DNA of 64,000 nt from Macrostomum lignano. Lineage: Eukaryota. A program made the position numbers and the translations under genes. The DNA is taken from the NCBI GenBank assembly GCA_002269645.1, contig NIVC01000905.1, positions 310,162 through 374,161 on the forward strand, written 5' to 3'. Positions 12,348-24,472 of the stretch are shown here, piece by piece. Below the pieces are notes generated by a model. That model searched no databases and was not told the DNA's origin. It saw only the letters and a program-made list of their open reading frames with translations. Position 1 is the stretch's first letter. The number at the start of each line of letters is the position of its first letter.

Positions 12348-14377
12348 TCTTAGGCCTTTTATCTAGTAACAAACAGTAATTCTTCGAAGCAGCTACTATA
12401 GCATTAAAGCAAACTAAAAATACATCCCAAAAATACACATCAGTTTACACGGTACTGCATTGTGTAAGTTTAAGCAGCTACTTAGAGATAAGGCATTATG
12501 ATTTCAAGAAGGGGGTTGATATCTTAAGGCTTGTGGGGGGAATTGCTGAGATGTCAAGGCTTACAAGGGATTGCTGAAGTTATTGCAAAGAGACGCTACA
12601 TGTAGTTTATAAAATGACTTCCGTACTTACCAACAATTACGGCACTAAATACCCCAAGGACAACATGGTGTCAATATTATGTCGGTCAGTTATAAAAGAA
12701 ATTACCGAAATCAACTTACAAAAAGTAAAAAAGCCCAGTCAGGGGCTGTGCTTCATTAAATGCATCATCTGTCCATGAAGACGTCATTGCAGTATTGTAA
12801 CGCCAGAACCTTCTGTTCTACATGGATCTACCCTGTTCTAAACAGAGATCTCATTTATCTAGATATTCTACGTGGACTCATTCTGACCAATAAATCTGCC
12901 CTCAATCGTACCTTACACTGGAATTTGCTCTGCATCTGGGCGAATCAATTCAAATCAGATATTAAGTCAAGTATCTATGCTAGTCTGTCTGTTGATTGTA
13001 ATTAAGGCCTAAAAATTAATTACAATAAAAGTTCTAGTAGCACATTTACAACCAAAAATCCTCTTATAGGAAGTGCCTTAACAGTCGGATGACGAAGCTA
13101 TTTTTCCATTGCACGGATGCCGATGGGGGGGGGTTATTTCAAATACCCAAAAAGTTATCCACGCCATAACTCTTGAACCCGACGATGGATTCGTCTGAAA
13201 ATTCACAGTACGGGCTAAAATTTATCGAGGAATCTGATGAAGCTATCGCCGACTCTCTCCGACATCGAGATCGTCGAGATATTCAGCGATTCTCAAGGAG
13301 GTCCCCCTGTTTTTGAAGGCAAACCGTCGAATTCAGTGGCTAGGTCTTGACACCAGGCAGTAAGGTGCACAAAATGATCCCAAACCTCATTTCAGCCATT
13401 GGTGAGGTAACCCAGAACACTTGTAGTGCGCTACAACAATGCCCCGTGGCCACCGTCGACCATCGTCAGCACATTCAACGAGCACATTCTGACATCATCG
13501 GAATTTGAGATCCGAAACAAATTTCGGTCAAATATTTATCATGAAATCTTGTCAATGAGCAACCTACGACTCATTGCACTCACTATACTTCCTGCACCAT
13601 CCCGACCGTCTGGACGACCGTCGGGACCTTCAACGGATGTGTCCATCGGACTTCTGGCAGTCTAGCATATACTTTGGCTAGAAATTCTTGATCAAGCCTC
13701 ACCAATGAGCACCCTAGCACTCTAAGCGCGCAACTAAACTAATGAGCAATCTGCGAACCACTGCAGTCACGCCTAGTTATTTTGCACCGTTTCGCTTATC
13801 GATCGTTAGGAAAAATGTCCAAGGATCAATTTGAAAAAAAAACAGAGTCGCACGAAGTTTTGAATTGTTCATAAAGATGACGCAGCAATTTTCTTTTTTT
13901 AGCACACAGAAAGTGCTTGTGAATTGTTCTTAAAACTGGCGCAACAGAGTAAAGTCGCTATGGAACGGTGTCATTGAATAAACAGTCTAATAAACATGGA
14001 ATAAACAGTTGTAAAGGAATAAACAGTCTGCAATGATCTAAAATAAACAGCATGCAATGGACGCATGAACCAAAAGTGTACACAGCAAGGCCTCCACTTT
14101 TTCATTCACCGCCATGTCTTGTCCCACCGAAACTCATAAACCTGCCTTTGTGCCTGTCATTAAATGTGCAAGTTGCACAGTAAAAGAATTGTTTCCGCTG
14201 TGACAACAATCAAAAATTCAGTCCGAAATTAGACCATAACCGTTATGAGAGCATTTCGAATTTCTACTGCAAATCTATGTCAGCAATTTTAAGCATAAAG
14301 CTTTCCAGTAAAACATGATTACTATTATTTCTGCGTTTATCCGCTACTTTCTCAGATTCCTTGGAAATTTTGGAATA

Positions 14378-15150
14378 CTGTGGGGATTAGAGGGATTCTG
14401 TGGGGTTTGAGGGATGCTGTGGGGATTAGAGGGATTCTGTGGGGTTTGAGGGATGCTGTGGGGATTAGAGGGATTCTGTGGGGTTTGAGGGATGCTGTGG
14501 GGATTAGAGGGATTCTGTGGGGTTTGAGGGATGCTGTGGGGATTAGAGGGATTCTGTGGGGTTTGAGGGATGCTGTGGGGATTAGAGGGATTCTGTGGGG
14601 TTTGAGGGATGCTGTGGGGATTAGAGGGATGCTGTGGGGTTTGAGGGATGCTGTGGGGATTAGAGGGATGCTGTGGGGATTAGAGGGATTCTGTGGGGTT
14701 TGAGGGATGCTGTGGGGATTAGAGGGATTCTGTGGGGTTTGAGGGATGCTGTGGGGATTAGAGGGATGCTGTGGGGTTTGAGGGATGCTGTGGGGATTAG
14801 AGGGATTCTGTGGGGTTTGAGGGATGCTGTGGGGATTAGAGGGATGCTGTGGGGTTTGAGGGATGCTGTGGGGATTAGAGGGATGCTGTGGGGTTTGAGG
14901 GATGCTGTGGGGATTAGAGGGATGCTGTGGGGTTTGAGGGATGCTGTGGGGATTAGAGGGATGCTGTGGGGATTAGAGGGATGCTGTGGGGATTAGAGGG
15001 ATGCTGTGGGGATTAGAGGGATGCTCTGGGGATTAGAGGGATTCTGTGGGGTTTGAGGGATGCTGTGGGGATTAGAGGGATTCTGTGGGGTTTGAGGGAT
15101 GCTGTGGGGATTAGAGGGATGCTGTGGGGTTTGAGGGATGCTGTGGGGAT
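14378..15150. repeat. 39-bp minisatellite built from 20+19 bp subunits
   Basis: GGGATTAGAGGGATTCTGTG/GGGTTTGAGGGATGCTGTG units; explains the GIRGILWGLRDAV ORFs. Confidence 0.95.
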
Positions 15151-15227
15151 TTCTTCGGTGCTGAGGATCAGGCACCTCAGCCCGAAGATTCCCCAGCGCC
15201 AGCAGCACCGCCACCCGCTCCCCGCAG

Positions 15228-15511
15228 GTACTAGAAGTTCAAGACGGCAGTCGCCAACTCCGTGGTGAACGCAGACAACGCCAGCGTGGAGTCGCTCGGC
15301 ACCGAGCAGCTGCTGGACCCGTTCGAGTTCTCCTCCGGCTCAGCAGCTCCGGGCAAGTCGGCGGCAGACAGCAGGGACTCGGCCTCCAGGCAGAGAGCCA
15401 AGCAGGCGATGTCCAAGACGCTGGGCTCGGTGCTCAGCTGCGGGGGCTGAGCTGACTGTGGACTACGAGGAGGAGTTCGACATGAGCCAGTTCGTGCAGC
15501 TGCTGTCCTGA
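15228..15511 (+). pseudogene. BTAF1: BTAF1/Mot1 C-terminal exon fragment
   Basis: After a CCCCGCAG acceptor it reads *KFKTAVANSVVNADNASVESLGTEQLLDPF...; after a frameshift it reads ELTVDYEEEFDMSQFVQLLS*. This matches the recalled Mot1/BTAF1 tail (QKFKMNIANTVISQENSSLQSMGTDQLLDLF...YDSEYSLENF). It has an in-frame TAG and a frameshift, and no other BTAF1 exons were seen. Confidence 0.75.
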
Positions 15512-15519
15512 TGCTCCAC

Positions 15520-15830
15520 GGCTTTGAGCTCTTCAGCTGCCAGACTCCTGCATCTCCAGACTCCTGCATCTCCAGACTCCTGCATGTCTGGACTCCTCAT
15601 CTTCAGACTCCTTTATCTCCAGACCCTGCATCTCCAGACTCCTGCATCTCCAGACTCCTGCATCTCCAGACTCCTGCATCTCCAGACTCCTGCATCTCCA
15701 GACTCCTGCATCTCCAGACTCCTGCATCTCCAGACTCCTGCATCTCCAGACTCCTGCATCTCCAGACTCCTGCATCTCCAGACTCCTGCATCTCCGGACT
15801 CCTGCATCTCCAGACTCCATCTCTTGTCTC
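15520..15830. repeat. 16-bp minisatellite (GACTCCTGCATCTCCA)n
   Basis: Seen directly. Confidence 0.95.
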
Positions 15831-17242
15831 CTTCATGTCCTGACTCCTTCACCCCAGTCTCAATTTACAATATTTCTGCTTTCTTATTGAACTGTCTCGG
15901 TGCATTCAGCCGTGTCGAATCCAATGTAAACAGTCCTGTTGCTAGGGTTCATTGAAGATGCCGCATGGTTTACGATCTGTACTGAACTTTGTTACAAAAA
16001 TGTTGATTAGAGCTCAACTCTCATCATACTCATTAAGAAGTGCTCATCTACTATGTACTTTACAATGCGTGCATGACGGCTGAGCAGCCAGTAGTGACAT
16101 TGTGCCACGCTGTGCCAGCCGCATTCATACTGATTAGCCATTGTCCTGCTGCTAAGGTAAAAATACAATTTATCAATAATATTTTCAAGCAGTTTTTTTA
16201 TCATTGCTCAGTTTCTGATTGATGGAATTTGCTGCTCACAAATATTTTATACTAATATATTAAGGTGACCAAATGTTGGAGTGAGAAATCCACGAGTAGG
16301 TGACTCTCTAACGTGTTCTCTCTCTCGTTCTCTAACGTGTGACAGTGGAGGCCAGCACGCAAGGTGTGCACCCTGCCTGACAGCGAGACAGTCAGGCCCG
16401 ATGTACACCCTGCGTGAGCGTCTGCGTGCTCAGGAGTCACCAGAGCTGGCATGACTGCTGGCTGCCGGGTTGACTGTCGCTTTGCATTGCGGCAGCGGCC
16501 AAAGAATCCCTTAAGCGAACTTCAGTGACTGACTCGAATATTACCGGCTAGATGGTGTCTATTAGTAGTATGTGTAGTATATTTTAAGTAGGCAGAATTT
16601 AAAGACAGAATTTCTAATTAAGATACCTACAGTTATAGGCACATACAGCAGATCATGCTCAACGACAGATCAGCTTTGCTTTGGCAAAGATAGTTCAGAA
16701 ATATTGGTAACTTTGTGTTGCATAGATATTGTAAACAGCAAACTCTACCAAATTACCGTATTGCTAACAGCTATAGGAAAAATAATTACACACTTTGAGA
16801 GTCTACAGTGTTAAACGTATAATGGGTTGTGCACAAGGACCACTAGCGGTATATCAGGGCGCTACACTCAGATCAAAGATTGTATGCTAATAAAAAATGA
16901 GCTATAGATCTGAGATAGAAAAGCAAACAATTGTTTTTCATCACAAAATTGATGATTGCATTTTGCATCTCGGCATCTGGGTTAGAGAAGATTGCCATTC
17001 TTTTAATTTAGTATGCACAGCATTTTGCTCTGCTGTATTTTATACTCGTATTGTTGTGCCCTGAAAGTTTCATTTTTCTTATTGCTTTTTATTTTATAAG
17101 CCCAAGTTGTCAATACTCGCCGCGTACATGTGTCATTAGCTAAACTTTTATTTTGTTCCTTGATTGATTTTGAGGTAAAAAAAATTTTCCTACCTCCGAA
17201 GGTAGGAACAAATCATTCTCATAGCGTCCTGATATGCTGCTA

Positions 17243-18212
17243 CTTCGGGTGTGTCATAAGTAATGTCACTGCAGGCTTCTGTCTAAAATATGTAGGCACA
17301 TGGACTTGTGGGTAGCGTAGCTGCAAAGTATACTTAGTGAAACAATAGCAGTGCATTTGAGACGTGCATAGGTTGTTTATGGCCCAAGCTATCGCAAGAA
17401 TACGCCAAGCAGATTTAGCAAGTGCAACGCGATGAAAAATCGTCTATGCAGCGAACAAAAATCACCATGAATCTCGACAAGACGCCTGCATCAAGCAGAT
17501 CCGCAAGGTGTTCAGCAGCCGGGGCTTGAATGACATCCTAAACTGCCTGGTTGCTGAGGATGAAAGCTGGCTCCACCTGGATGGCAAGGGCAGCAAGGCA
17601 GACAATCGCTGCTGGCTGGGAGCTGGGGACTCCAGGGCGACTGTGACCAGGAAGTCCATCTTGGACAAGAAGACCATGCTGCTGGTAGCCTTCACGCCAA
17701 ATGAACGAGTCTCCATCTGCACAACTCCACCGAACACCAAGGTCGATGGCCAGTATTTTATTGACTTTTTCCGGCACACTGGGGACCTCTGGCGCAATCT
17801 CCGGTCAAATCCATGTCACCTGGACGAGGTTCTGTGGCAGATGGACACCGCACGGCTGCAAACCTGTAAGGCTGTTTCGAACTTTCTGCCTGCACGGCGA
17901 GTGAATCTGCTCTGACAGTCCCTACAGCCCGGACTTCAACTTGTGCAAGAGATTCCTGTTCAAATGGCTGAAGGCTGACTTTTCCAAGAAGAGTTTCGCA
18001 AACCATGAAGAGGTAAAACAGGCCGCGTTGCACTGGTTATGGCAGTTGGAGGAAAAACACCTGCAGGCTGAGGTGGACAAGCTGTATGAGCACTGCCAGA
18101 GGGTGATTGATATTGGGGGACTCTATGCTGTTGAGTGGTACAGTTTTGTTCATCTGCGATTGCAAGTTCGTCTGTTTTCACATCAGTGACATTACTTATG
18201 ACACACCCGAAG
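17243..18212 (+). mobile_element. Internally deleted mariner (Tc1/mariner) transposon
   Basis: Perfect 29-bp TIRs CTTCGGGTGTGTCATAAGTAATGTCACTG (17243-17271 and 18184-18212) with TA on both sides. Transposase remnants are LVAEDESW, WQMDTAR and a frameshifted SPDFNLC..FLFKWLK-like segment; the N-terminal HTH is missing. Confidence 0.93.
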
Positions 18213-18437
18213 TACGTACATGGTCCTTGGTCGTACAATGGCAAAGGGGCAGATTACATTTACGTGAATGTAAGTCACATCCGGAGCTGACACAGTTTTT
18301 CACATAAACTTAAATTTTACAGTTATGGTTTCTCGATATAAATTTTAGGTTAGCGATAGAAAGTGAAAATAGCTAAAGTCCATATAGCTACTGCATGCAA
18401 TCAGTAAATCAAATCGAGTATCATTCGAAAATTACAT

Positions 18438-20345
18438 TCAATTCTCGCGCCAAGTGTAAAAGGCGGGACTTTCACCGGCTCTCCGGATTGCTTCACAAAA
18501 GTCTGCTCTGTCATCGTGTCGAGTCTTCCAGAGCGCCAAGACGACTCGAAACCAGCACTCCGCAGCGACCATGTGCCGTTCCCAATTAGTTTGCTGCCAT
18601 GTCTGAGCCCTGGGACTCAGAATCAGAGCCTCAGTTCTGCCGCGAACAATGGCAGCGGCCAGCTGCAGCAGCAGCGAGTGGTCTTCGCCACTGCAGCGGC
18701 CTTCGGAAATTTCTGTGGCAAGAGTCTGCAAAATGTTTTTGTATTCGCCATCAAATGCGTCACCTGTGCAAATTTTTTCAAGCGCATCTTTTCTTGTCTT
18801 GATAAATTTTTTGTCGTTCCAGTCTTTAAAGATAAGTCTAACAGCTTCGTCCTGATAGCGGTGATACTGTTTGTTAAGCCTCTTCAAAACGATTCGTCTT
18901 CCACAGAGGCTCTTATGTTGATGCCGAGTCTGCCTCAGCTGCAGATAGGTCAATCCGCTCTTTGCTTCTGGCTCAAGATCATCACGTGTCTCCATTGGAA
19001 GGTCTTCGCCCCAGATATCGTGCGTTCTTTGCGGATCATCGTCCTCACTGTAGATTTGGCCAAGTCTGCGTAACTTAGGAACAAGAATTGTTAAGCCTTT
19101 CGTGCTCATACGACTACCTGAAATCTCGCGCAACCTGCGAATGACTTCATTGACTACTGGTTCGATTGAGCACCTGGGTTGAAGCGAAACAAAATTTCTT
19201 TTTTTTAGATTACATATTTCAATTATAAATACGGAGAACGGCTCCAGTGGAACTTGGAGGCGTGAAATTGTACATGTTTTTGGCCAAGGCGCCTCTTGTT
19301 GCTTTTTGAAATGAAGCAGCACTTCAAATCGAAAGTCTTTCAGATCAAACGTCTTGAAAAGCTTTGATCCCTCAACTTCCACAACTGCCGCAGCCACCCA
19401 TAGCGGCTTTTTGCGTTCGTTTTCGATCTCAAATTTAAGAGGCTTTTCCCATAAGCCGAACTCACCGCAGTTTCCCCGAAACTCGAAGAATTCGACATCC
19501 CGAAGCTCGCATTCAAAATGCAGCTCAATGTGAGTGACTGCGTACACTCTGGGCTGAGCTTGAGGGTCCAGTTTGATTAGATACGTTTGCGTTGGATTTG
19601 CATAATCGACAGGCAGATTGATGTCGCAAAACTCTGTGAAAGGTACCATAGGCTCTTGAGCTTGAGCTTTCACAACTCTAACTCTCAGAGGCTCTTTGGT
19701 AGGCAGTCTCATGAAGTTGTTATAATTGGCCATTTGCAGATCATCGATCGTCAGCGTCCAGACCTGTGCGTCTCCGTGATCTTGCTTTGCAGCATCGCAT
19801 TGCATGCACTTTGTGCAAACTTTACGAGACTTCTCAAATCGCTTATGGCTATTATGTTCAATTTCAAGCTGAAAATTAGTGTTAAAATTTTCCAACTCCG
19901 TTTGAAATTCGAAGATAAGGCAGATCGGTGCCATCGGAATGACTCGGAAATTGCTATTTGTCAGGTCACAGTAAATAACAAACTCCACCTGTTTGTCCTT
20001 GACAAAGTGAGGCACAAACCGGGTCCCTTCGCCAAACTCTATCTTATAGTCGAGTACTTCCTGTTCCATGGTAGCACTCAGTCGGAATTGCAGAATGTTT
20101 TTGGTTTCGGCTGTCTTGATTTTGCCGTGTTCCGTCACTTTTATATTTTCCAATCTTCTATCGCCGTCAGTATCCAGTTTTGAGTACCATATTTGCTCAC
20201 CTGTTTCAAGTGTCTTTTGTTTCAGTTCGTGCGGCTTAGTCTCCGTGGAATCGTAAATGTTGAGATGAATTCTCGATGCTCGCTCACCGCCCTTTACGAC
20301 AATGTGCAAAACTGCATTCGGTTTTTGTTGTGGCTGCTCTTGCAT
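18438..20345 (-). CDS. Intronless 635-aa protein of unknown function (beta-rich N-terminus, helical C-terminus)
   Basis: A long stop-free ORF with a splice acceptor (CTCTCAG) about 27 nt upstream of the ATG. FRGNCGEFGLWEKPLK...PLWVA weakly resembles CBM20 G-x4-LG-x-W. The C-terminus aligns with the neighbouring 256-aa ORF. Confidence 0.8.
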   Translation of the reverse strand: MQEQPQQKPNAVLHIVVKGGERASRIHLNIYDSTETKPHELKQKTLETGEQIWYSKLDTDGDRRLENIKVTEHGKIKTAETKNILQFRLSATMEQEVLDYKIEFGEGTRFVPHFVKDKQVEFVIYCDLTNSNFRVIPMAPICLIFEFQTELENFNTNFQLEIEHNSHKRFEKSRKVCTKCMQCDAAKQDHGDAQVWTLTIDDLQMANYNNFMRLPTKEPLRVRVVKAQAQEPMVPFTEFCDINLPVDYANPTQTYLIKLDPQAQPRVYAVTHIELHFECELRDVEFFEFRGNCGEFGLWEKPLKFEIENERKKPLWVAAAVVEVEGSKLFKTFDLKDFRFEVLLHFKKQQEAPWPKTCTISRLQVPLEPFSVFIIEICNLKKRNFVSLQPRCSIEPVVNEVIRRLREISGSRMSTKGLTILVPKLRRLGQIYSEDDDPQRTHDIWGEDLPMETRDDLEPEAKSGLTYLQLRQTRHQHKSLCGRRIVLKRLNKQYHRYQDEAVRLIFKDWNDKKFIKTRKDALEKICTGDAFDGEYKNILQTLATEISEGRCSGEDHSLLLQLAAAIVRGRTEALILSPRAQTWQQTNWERHMVAAECWFRVVLALWKTRHDDRADFCEAIRRAGESPAFYTWREN

Positions 20346-21185
20346 TTGTTATTTTTCTGCTGCTGCTGGAACTGAGAGTTAGGAACAGTCACGTTAATTC
20401 AAAATTAAACCACAGCTAGCTGAATTAATTGATGCGATTTAATTTGGGTTCAAATTCTCAGGAAACTAAAAGCTATTGTTCTGCTAAAATATCAATTTTT
20501 GTTGTTCTAATAAATGTTTTTGCTTCTATAGCTAGCAATAAAAGTAAATCATATAAAATGCATTTTATAAGTTTTTGAAATACATCACAATGCATTGATT
20601 TTGGTGTGCGATCACTATCATAAATTGAGAAAAGAATTTAGCAAGAGAGGCACAGCAAAGTGGCGCTTAAGTACCGAGTTTTTTATTCGAAAAAGTTTTT
20701 GTTAATAAAAAGCCAAAAATATATGGATTTGACAGCTTTAGCGACCGAAATACTCATTAAAAATATGTAGAAAAAGTGGTCATGGTAATAAAAAATTGTA
20801 CTTAACTTAAAAAAATTATGTAAACAAGTAGCTTCAAACTTTAATGACTATACAAGGTTCAAGAAAAATAAAGAACAATAATTTTATTCGTCAAAATATT
20901 TTAGGCCCTTGCCACAACCTGAAAAACAGAATCATCTATCATAATTTGTAGAAAAAAATAAACTGGAATGAACGGAAATAACAAAATTTTGAACGGGTGG
21001 CGCAAAGTACTGCGGTATACGTGTACTCGTATCTACGAGTATATATCACGTAAATGTTTTATAAGTTCTACATGTTATTCGTATGAATTAATATTATAAA
21101 ATATCTGGGAGACAAAAACTTGGTCCTCACACATTCAAATACGATCGAGTTCAGATTCCAGAGCGTGCCGAACAAGCCAAAAGGC

Positions 21186-21956
21186 TCAACTCACAGTCCT
21201 GTTGCCCATACATGCTTTGAACTTCTCAGCCTCGTCCTCAGGCTCGGTCACGACAGTCCTGAGGCGGCTCCACACGGTCACCATGAAGCAGAACCAGGCC
21301 TCCGCCACTGGGCAGCGGTCCCGAGGCTGATCGGTACTCAGTTTCAGGGCTTGCAGGTGACTGCGAACGATTTCAGCTGAGTTCTGAAGCAAGCTTTTCG
21401 CTTCCTCATCTTCAAACGCCCACTCGCCGTCTGCAATGCTGATTGCCAGCTCAGTTACACACAGCTTTTCATCTTCACGGAATTCTTCTTCCGTGAAAAC
21501 TTCACGCAGATTGGCAGGCAGCATCTGCCTAACTGACTGTTTCTTCTCTTCCAAATCAGTGGTCTTCCTCTCTGCCTCATCTGGCATCAAGTACCGAGCG
21601 TAAATGCCTCTGACGCTGTGGTAACTGGTCAGTCTAACTGGCAGGTTGGGAATGCAGCATAGAGAGTACGTTAAGTCTGTGAGCACCGTGTTCTTGTCGA
21701 ATAGGGGGTTGGCTGCAACTTTTTCAACCATATTCGTAGCTGCATTCTTGAAGCCGTAAATACTGCCAGTAGGTTTCGCAAGTTTCCTAAATTTCGTAGA
21801 AACCATGATCTCAGGAATTGGACATTCATCCAAGTGTGACTTCAGATGTGCAGTAGTTGCTGATGATTTTGAAGGCGACTCTGGTGACTTTGACGGTCGT
21901 GTCACAATGGGTTGGAAATGAAGGCTTGGTCCTTGTTCGTCCATCAAGCTTTTCAT
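21186..21956 (-). CDS. 256-aa ORF, paralogue of the 635-aa ORF C-terminus (possibly truncated or frameshifted)
   Basis: LAISIADGEWAFEDEEAKSLLQNSAEIVRSHLQALKLS...AEAWF.F...W aligns with LATEISEGRCSGEDHSLLLQLAAAIVRGRTEALILS...AECWF.V...W. Confidence 0.65.
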   Translation of the reverse strand: MKSLMDEQGPSLHFQPIVTRPSKSPESPSKSSATTAHLKSHLDECPIPEIMVSTKFRKLAKPTGSIYGFKNAATNMVEKVAANPLFDKNTVLTDLTYSLCCIPNLPVRLTSYHSVRGIYARYLMPDEAERKTTDLEEKKQSVRQMLPANLREVFTEEEFREDEKLCVTELAISIADGEWAFEDEEAKSLLQNSAEIVRSHLQALKLSTDQPRDRCPVAEAWFCFMVTVWSRLRTVVTEPEDEAEKFKACMGNRTVS

Positions 21957-24404
21957 CGCTCTGCAGTAGAATTTGTTTGTGATTATCAGATTCGAAGCTT
22001 ACAAGATCGAAAAGCAGAATTTTTCCAAGTGGGAAATGTACGAGGAGGTTTCAATAAGTTTCTGGATGCACAAAGTCTAGACGTAGAAAGATGATGTACT
22101 CAATTTGGAATTAGCTGGGCTGGTTAAAGCAGGTTCTCATTAACTTAAAGTAAGCTCCTAGGTTCGAATATTGCCCACATTAATGTGCTGTTGAAATTGA
22201 TTTTAAAACTGATTTCAACAATCTTTGACCCACGGAAATACGAGCTACTAACGATAATTTGAATCGGCCTGATGAGAGATGAGACCACGAGTTGAATACT
22301 TAATTTAATCTGGGGAGCAAACTCACAACTAGTGAAAATAAATTTAAAAGATAATATTCTCTGATGAAGCCAGCCATGTACCGCTACATTTTAGCTCTTG
22401 TCATTCCTCTGCAGCCCAGACTGGTAGTGCAGTCCTGCTTCAGTTTTCAAACATTTTTGACGATTTCTTTGGCGATATTACAAATCGAATTAATAGGTTT
22501 GACGGGGAAGTGGAAAATTGTGTCCTGAAAGGCCCGTCACAGCAGCTATACCAATTGATCAATAATTCGTCAGCTATGGCGCATGGCACAAAGCTTTAAA
22601 ACTCAAGCCTACACAATGGAGAGTTGTTGGCCATTTCGTCGGTTCGTCGAAGTTGAATGAGCCTCTTACCTTTTACGGATTCGTTTCCTGTATTCGTAAA
22701 AGTTGTTTCTAGCACTCAGGCTTCGTGCTACATACATAGTAAAAATACAAGTCAAGCATGAAATCATAAATTTATAAATATAAGTAGATAGTTTGCTGTT
22801 TTCTGAGCCAAAGAGGAATTTAAATGCTAACACCGATAAAAACTAGCAAGGTGGAACTCGGAAAAGAATCGTAGGATTTGGCGGATGCCATTCTAAAACT
22901 TGATCACGTAAAAATTAATGACATGACTTTTATCCATTCAGAAACTTATGTTTGCACCCTGTACGAGCTATCATCCTGTTCAAAGCGTATTCTAGGGGAA
23001 ATTACCTACTTCAATGGCCTAGCACATCAAAGGCCTACCATCCACTTTCGCGCTGATCCTGACAGCAGCAAAATATCGAAATTCAGCTTTGTGTCAGAAG
23101 GTCACCACCAGTAAAGGCAGGTTCACATGAACTTCCCGTAGTTGGCAGGGTCAAGTATCATCATAAAAATTTATCATAAACTTCATATAGCTCGTACTTG
23201 TAATCCATTTGAACCATCAGGCTATTTTGTGACTATAAGTTGAGGATTTACTATGAGCTCGAGCAAAGTCATAATTACTCATAAAAATACTAAAAACAAT
23301 ACGATCCTATACTCCCTAATGAAGGCTGCTTCCAGCCGCTACATTTTAGCTCTTGTCAGTGTCCTCTGCAGACTTTTATACACTACATGTATAGTGTATC
23401 CTCGTATCTCTAGTAGTGCAGTCTGCAGTCAGTTCTTAGACTCCATGAAACCAAGTGGTTTCAGGAGAAGCAAAATCGTTCTTTAGAATTGGAATCCCTA
23501 GAAGCTGAGAAATGAGAAATTAAAGATAAAAACGGAATTGCCATAACTGAATTAAAGAAAACTTATCGGTGTCGGAGTTCAGAGATCGAATGGGTCTTAA
23601 AGATCTCAAGATTTGGCGGATCCCATTCTGAAACTAACCAAAAATTTTATTACGACTTTCGTTTTTCAGAAATTTATGTTCGCAACTTCTATTCTCTTGT
23701 TTAACGTGTATTTTAGGGGCAATGACGCACCTCCATGGCCTAGCACATCAAAAGCCCACTTTAGTGCCGAACCCGACAGCAGCAAAGTATTGAAATGCAA
23801 TTTTTTGAAAGAACTAACCAGTTAAGGTAGATTCTCATTAACTTCCTGTAGTTTCCTTGTTCAAATTTTTTATACTTTTTATTTATTTATTTATTATACT
23901 AATTTATTTTATTTAATATTTATATTTATTTACTTATTTTTATCTTTAATTGCTCACTTTCATGTACTGTTGAAATTGATTTTTAAAACTAATTTTCTAC
24001 AATCTCTGACCCACGGAACTGCAATTGCTACTAACGATAACTTGAACCGACCGTAACGGAGAGCTTAACGTAGGTATTAGTTTCCTTATAAAACTTCATA
24101 CTTGTAACTCATCTGAACCATGAGACTATTATACTCGTGCGAGACCTTTTTTAATCCTAATCCTAATCCTAATCCTATTAATAAAATAAGACTATTTATT
24201 AAAAATCATTTTCCGTTTTTTCTGGAGTTTTCCTAGCCATTGACCTGAAAGCTGTGGATCCAGCTAGGTTACCCATTGACCTGAATTTGAGAAAAAAGTT
24301 GGCAGTTATAGCTATGATTCATTTGCCCTATATCTGGCAGCTGGAAATAACTAAGCAATGATGATGATGCACTAAATTCATGATGAGTACAATGAGGGGT
24401 ACAG

Positions 24405-24472
24405 CGGGGACTACTCAAACATCTCAAACATTACTCAAACATCAAACATCAAAGATGTTTGAGTAGTCCCTG
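24405..24472. mobile_element. 68-bp hAT-type micro-MITE
   Basis: Arms GGGACTACTCAAACATCT (24407-24424) and AGATGTTTGAGTAGTCCC (24453-24470), with 8-bp direct flanks GGGTACAG at 24397-24404 and 24473-24480. Confidence 0.75.

Noticed and set aside
13087-13700. Possible DNA-transposon remnant
   Set aside because: It looks repeat-like, but no TIR partner, TSD or transposase motif could be identified.
22261-22300. CTGATGA as a hammerhead ribozyme core (also 13234, 22361)
   Set aside because: No downstream GAAA with compatible stems was found.
24155-24180. (TAATCC)4 telomere-like repeat
   Set aside because: Only four units and not TTAGGG; consistent with an ordinary microsatellite.
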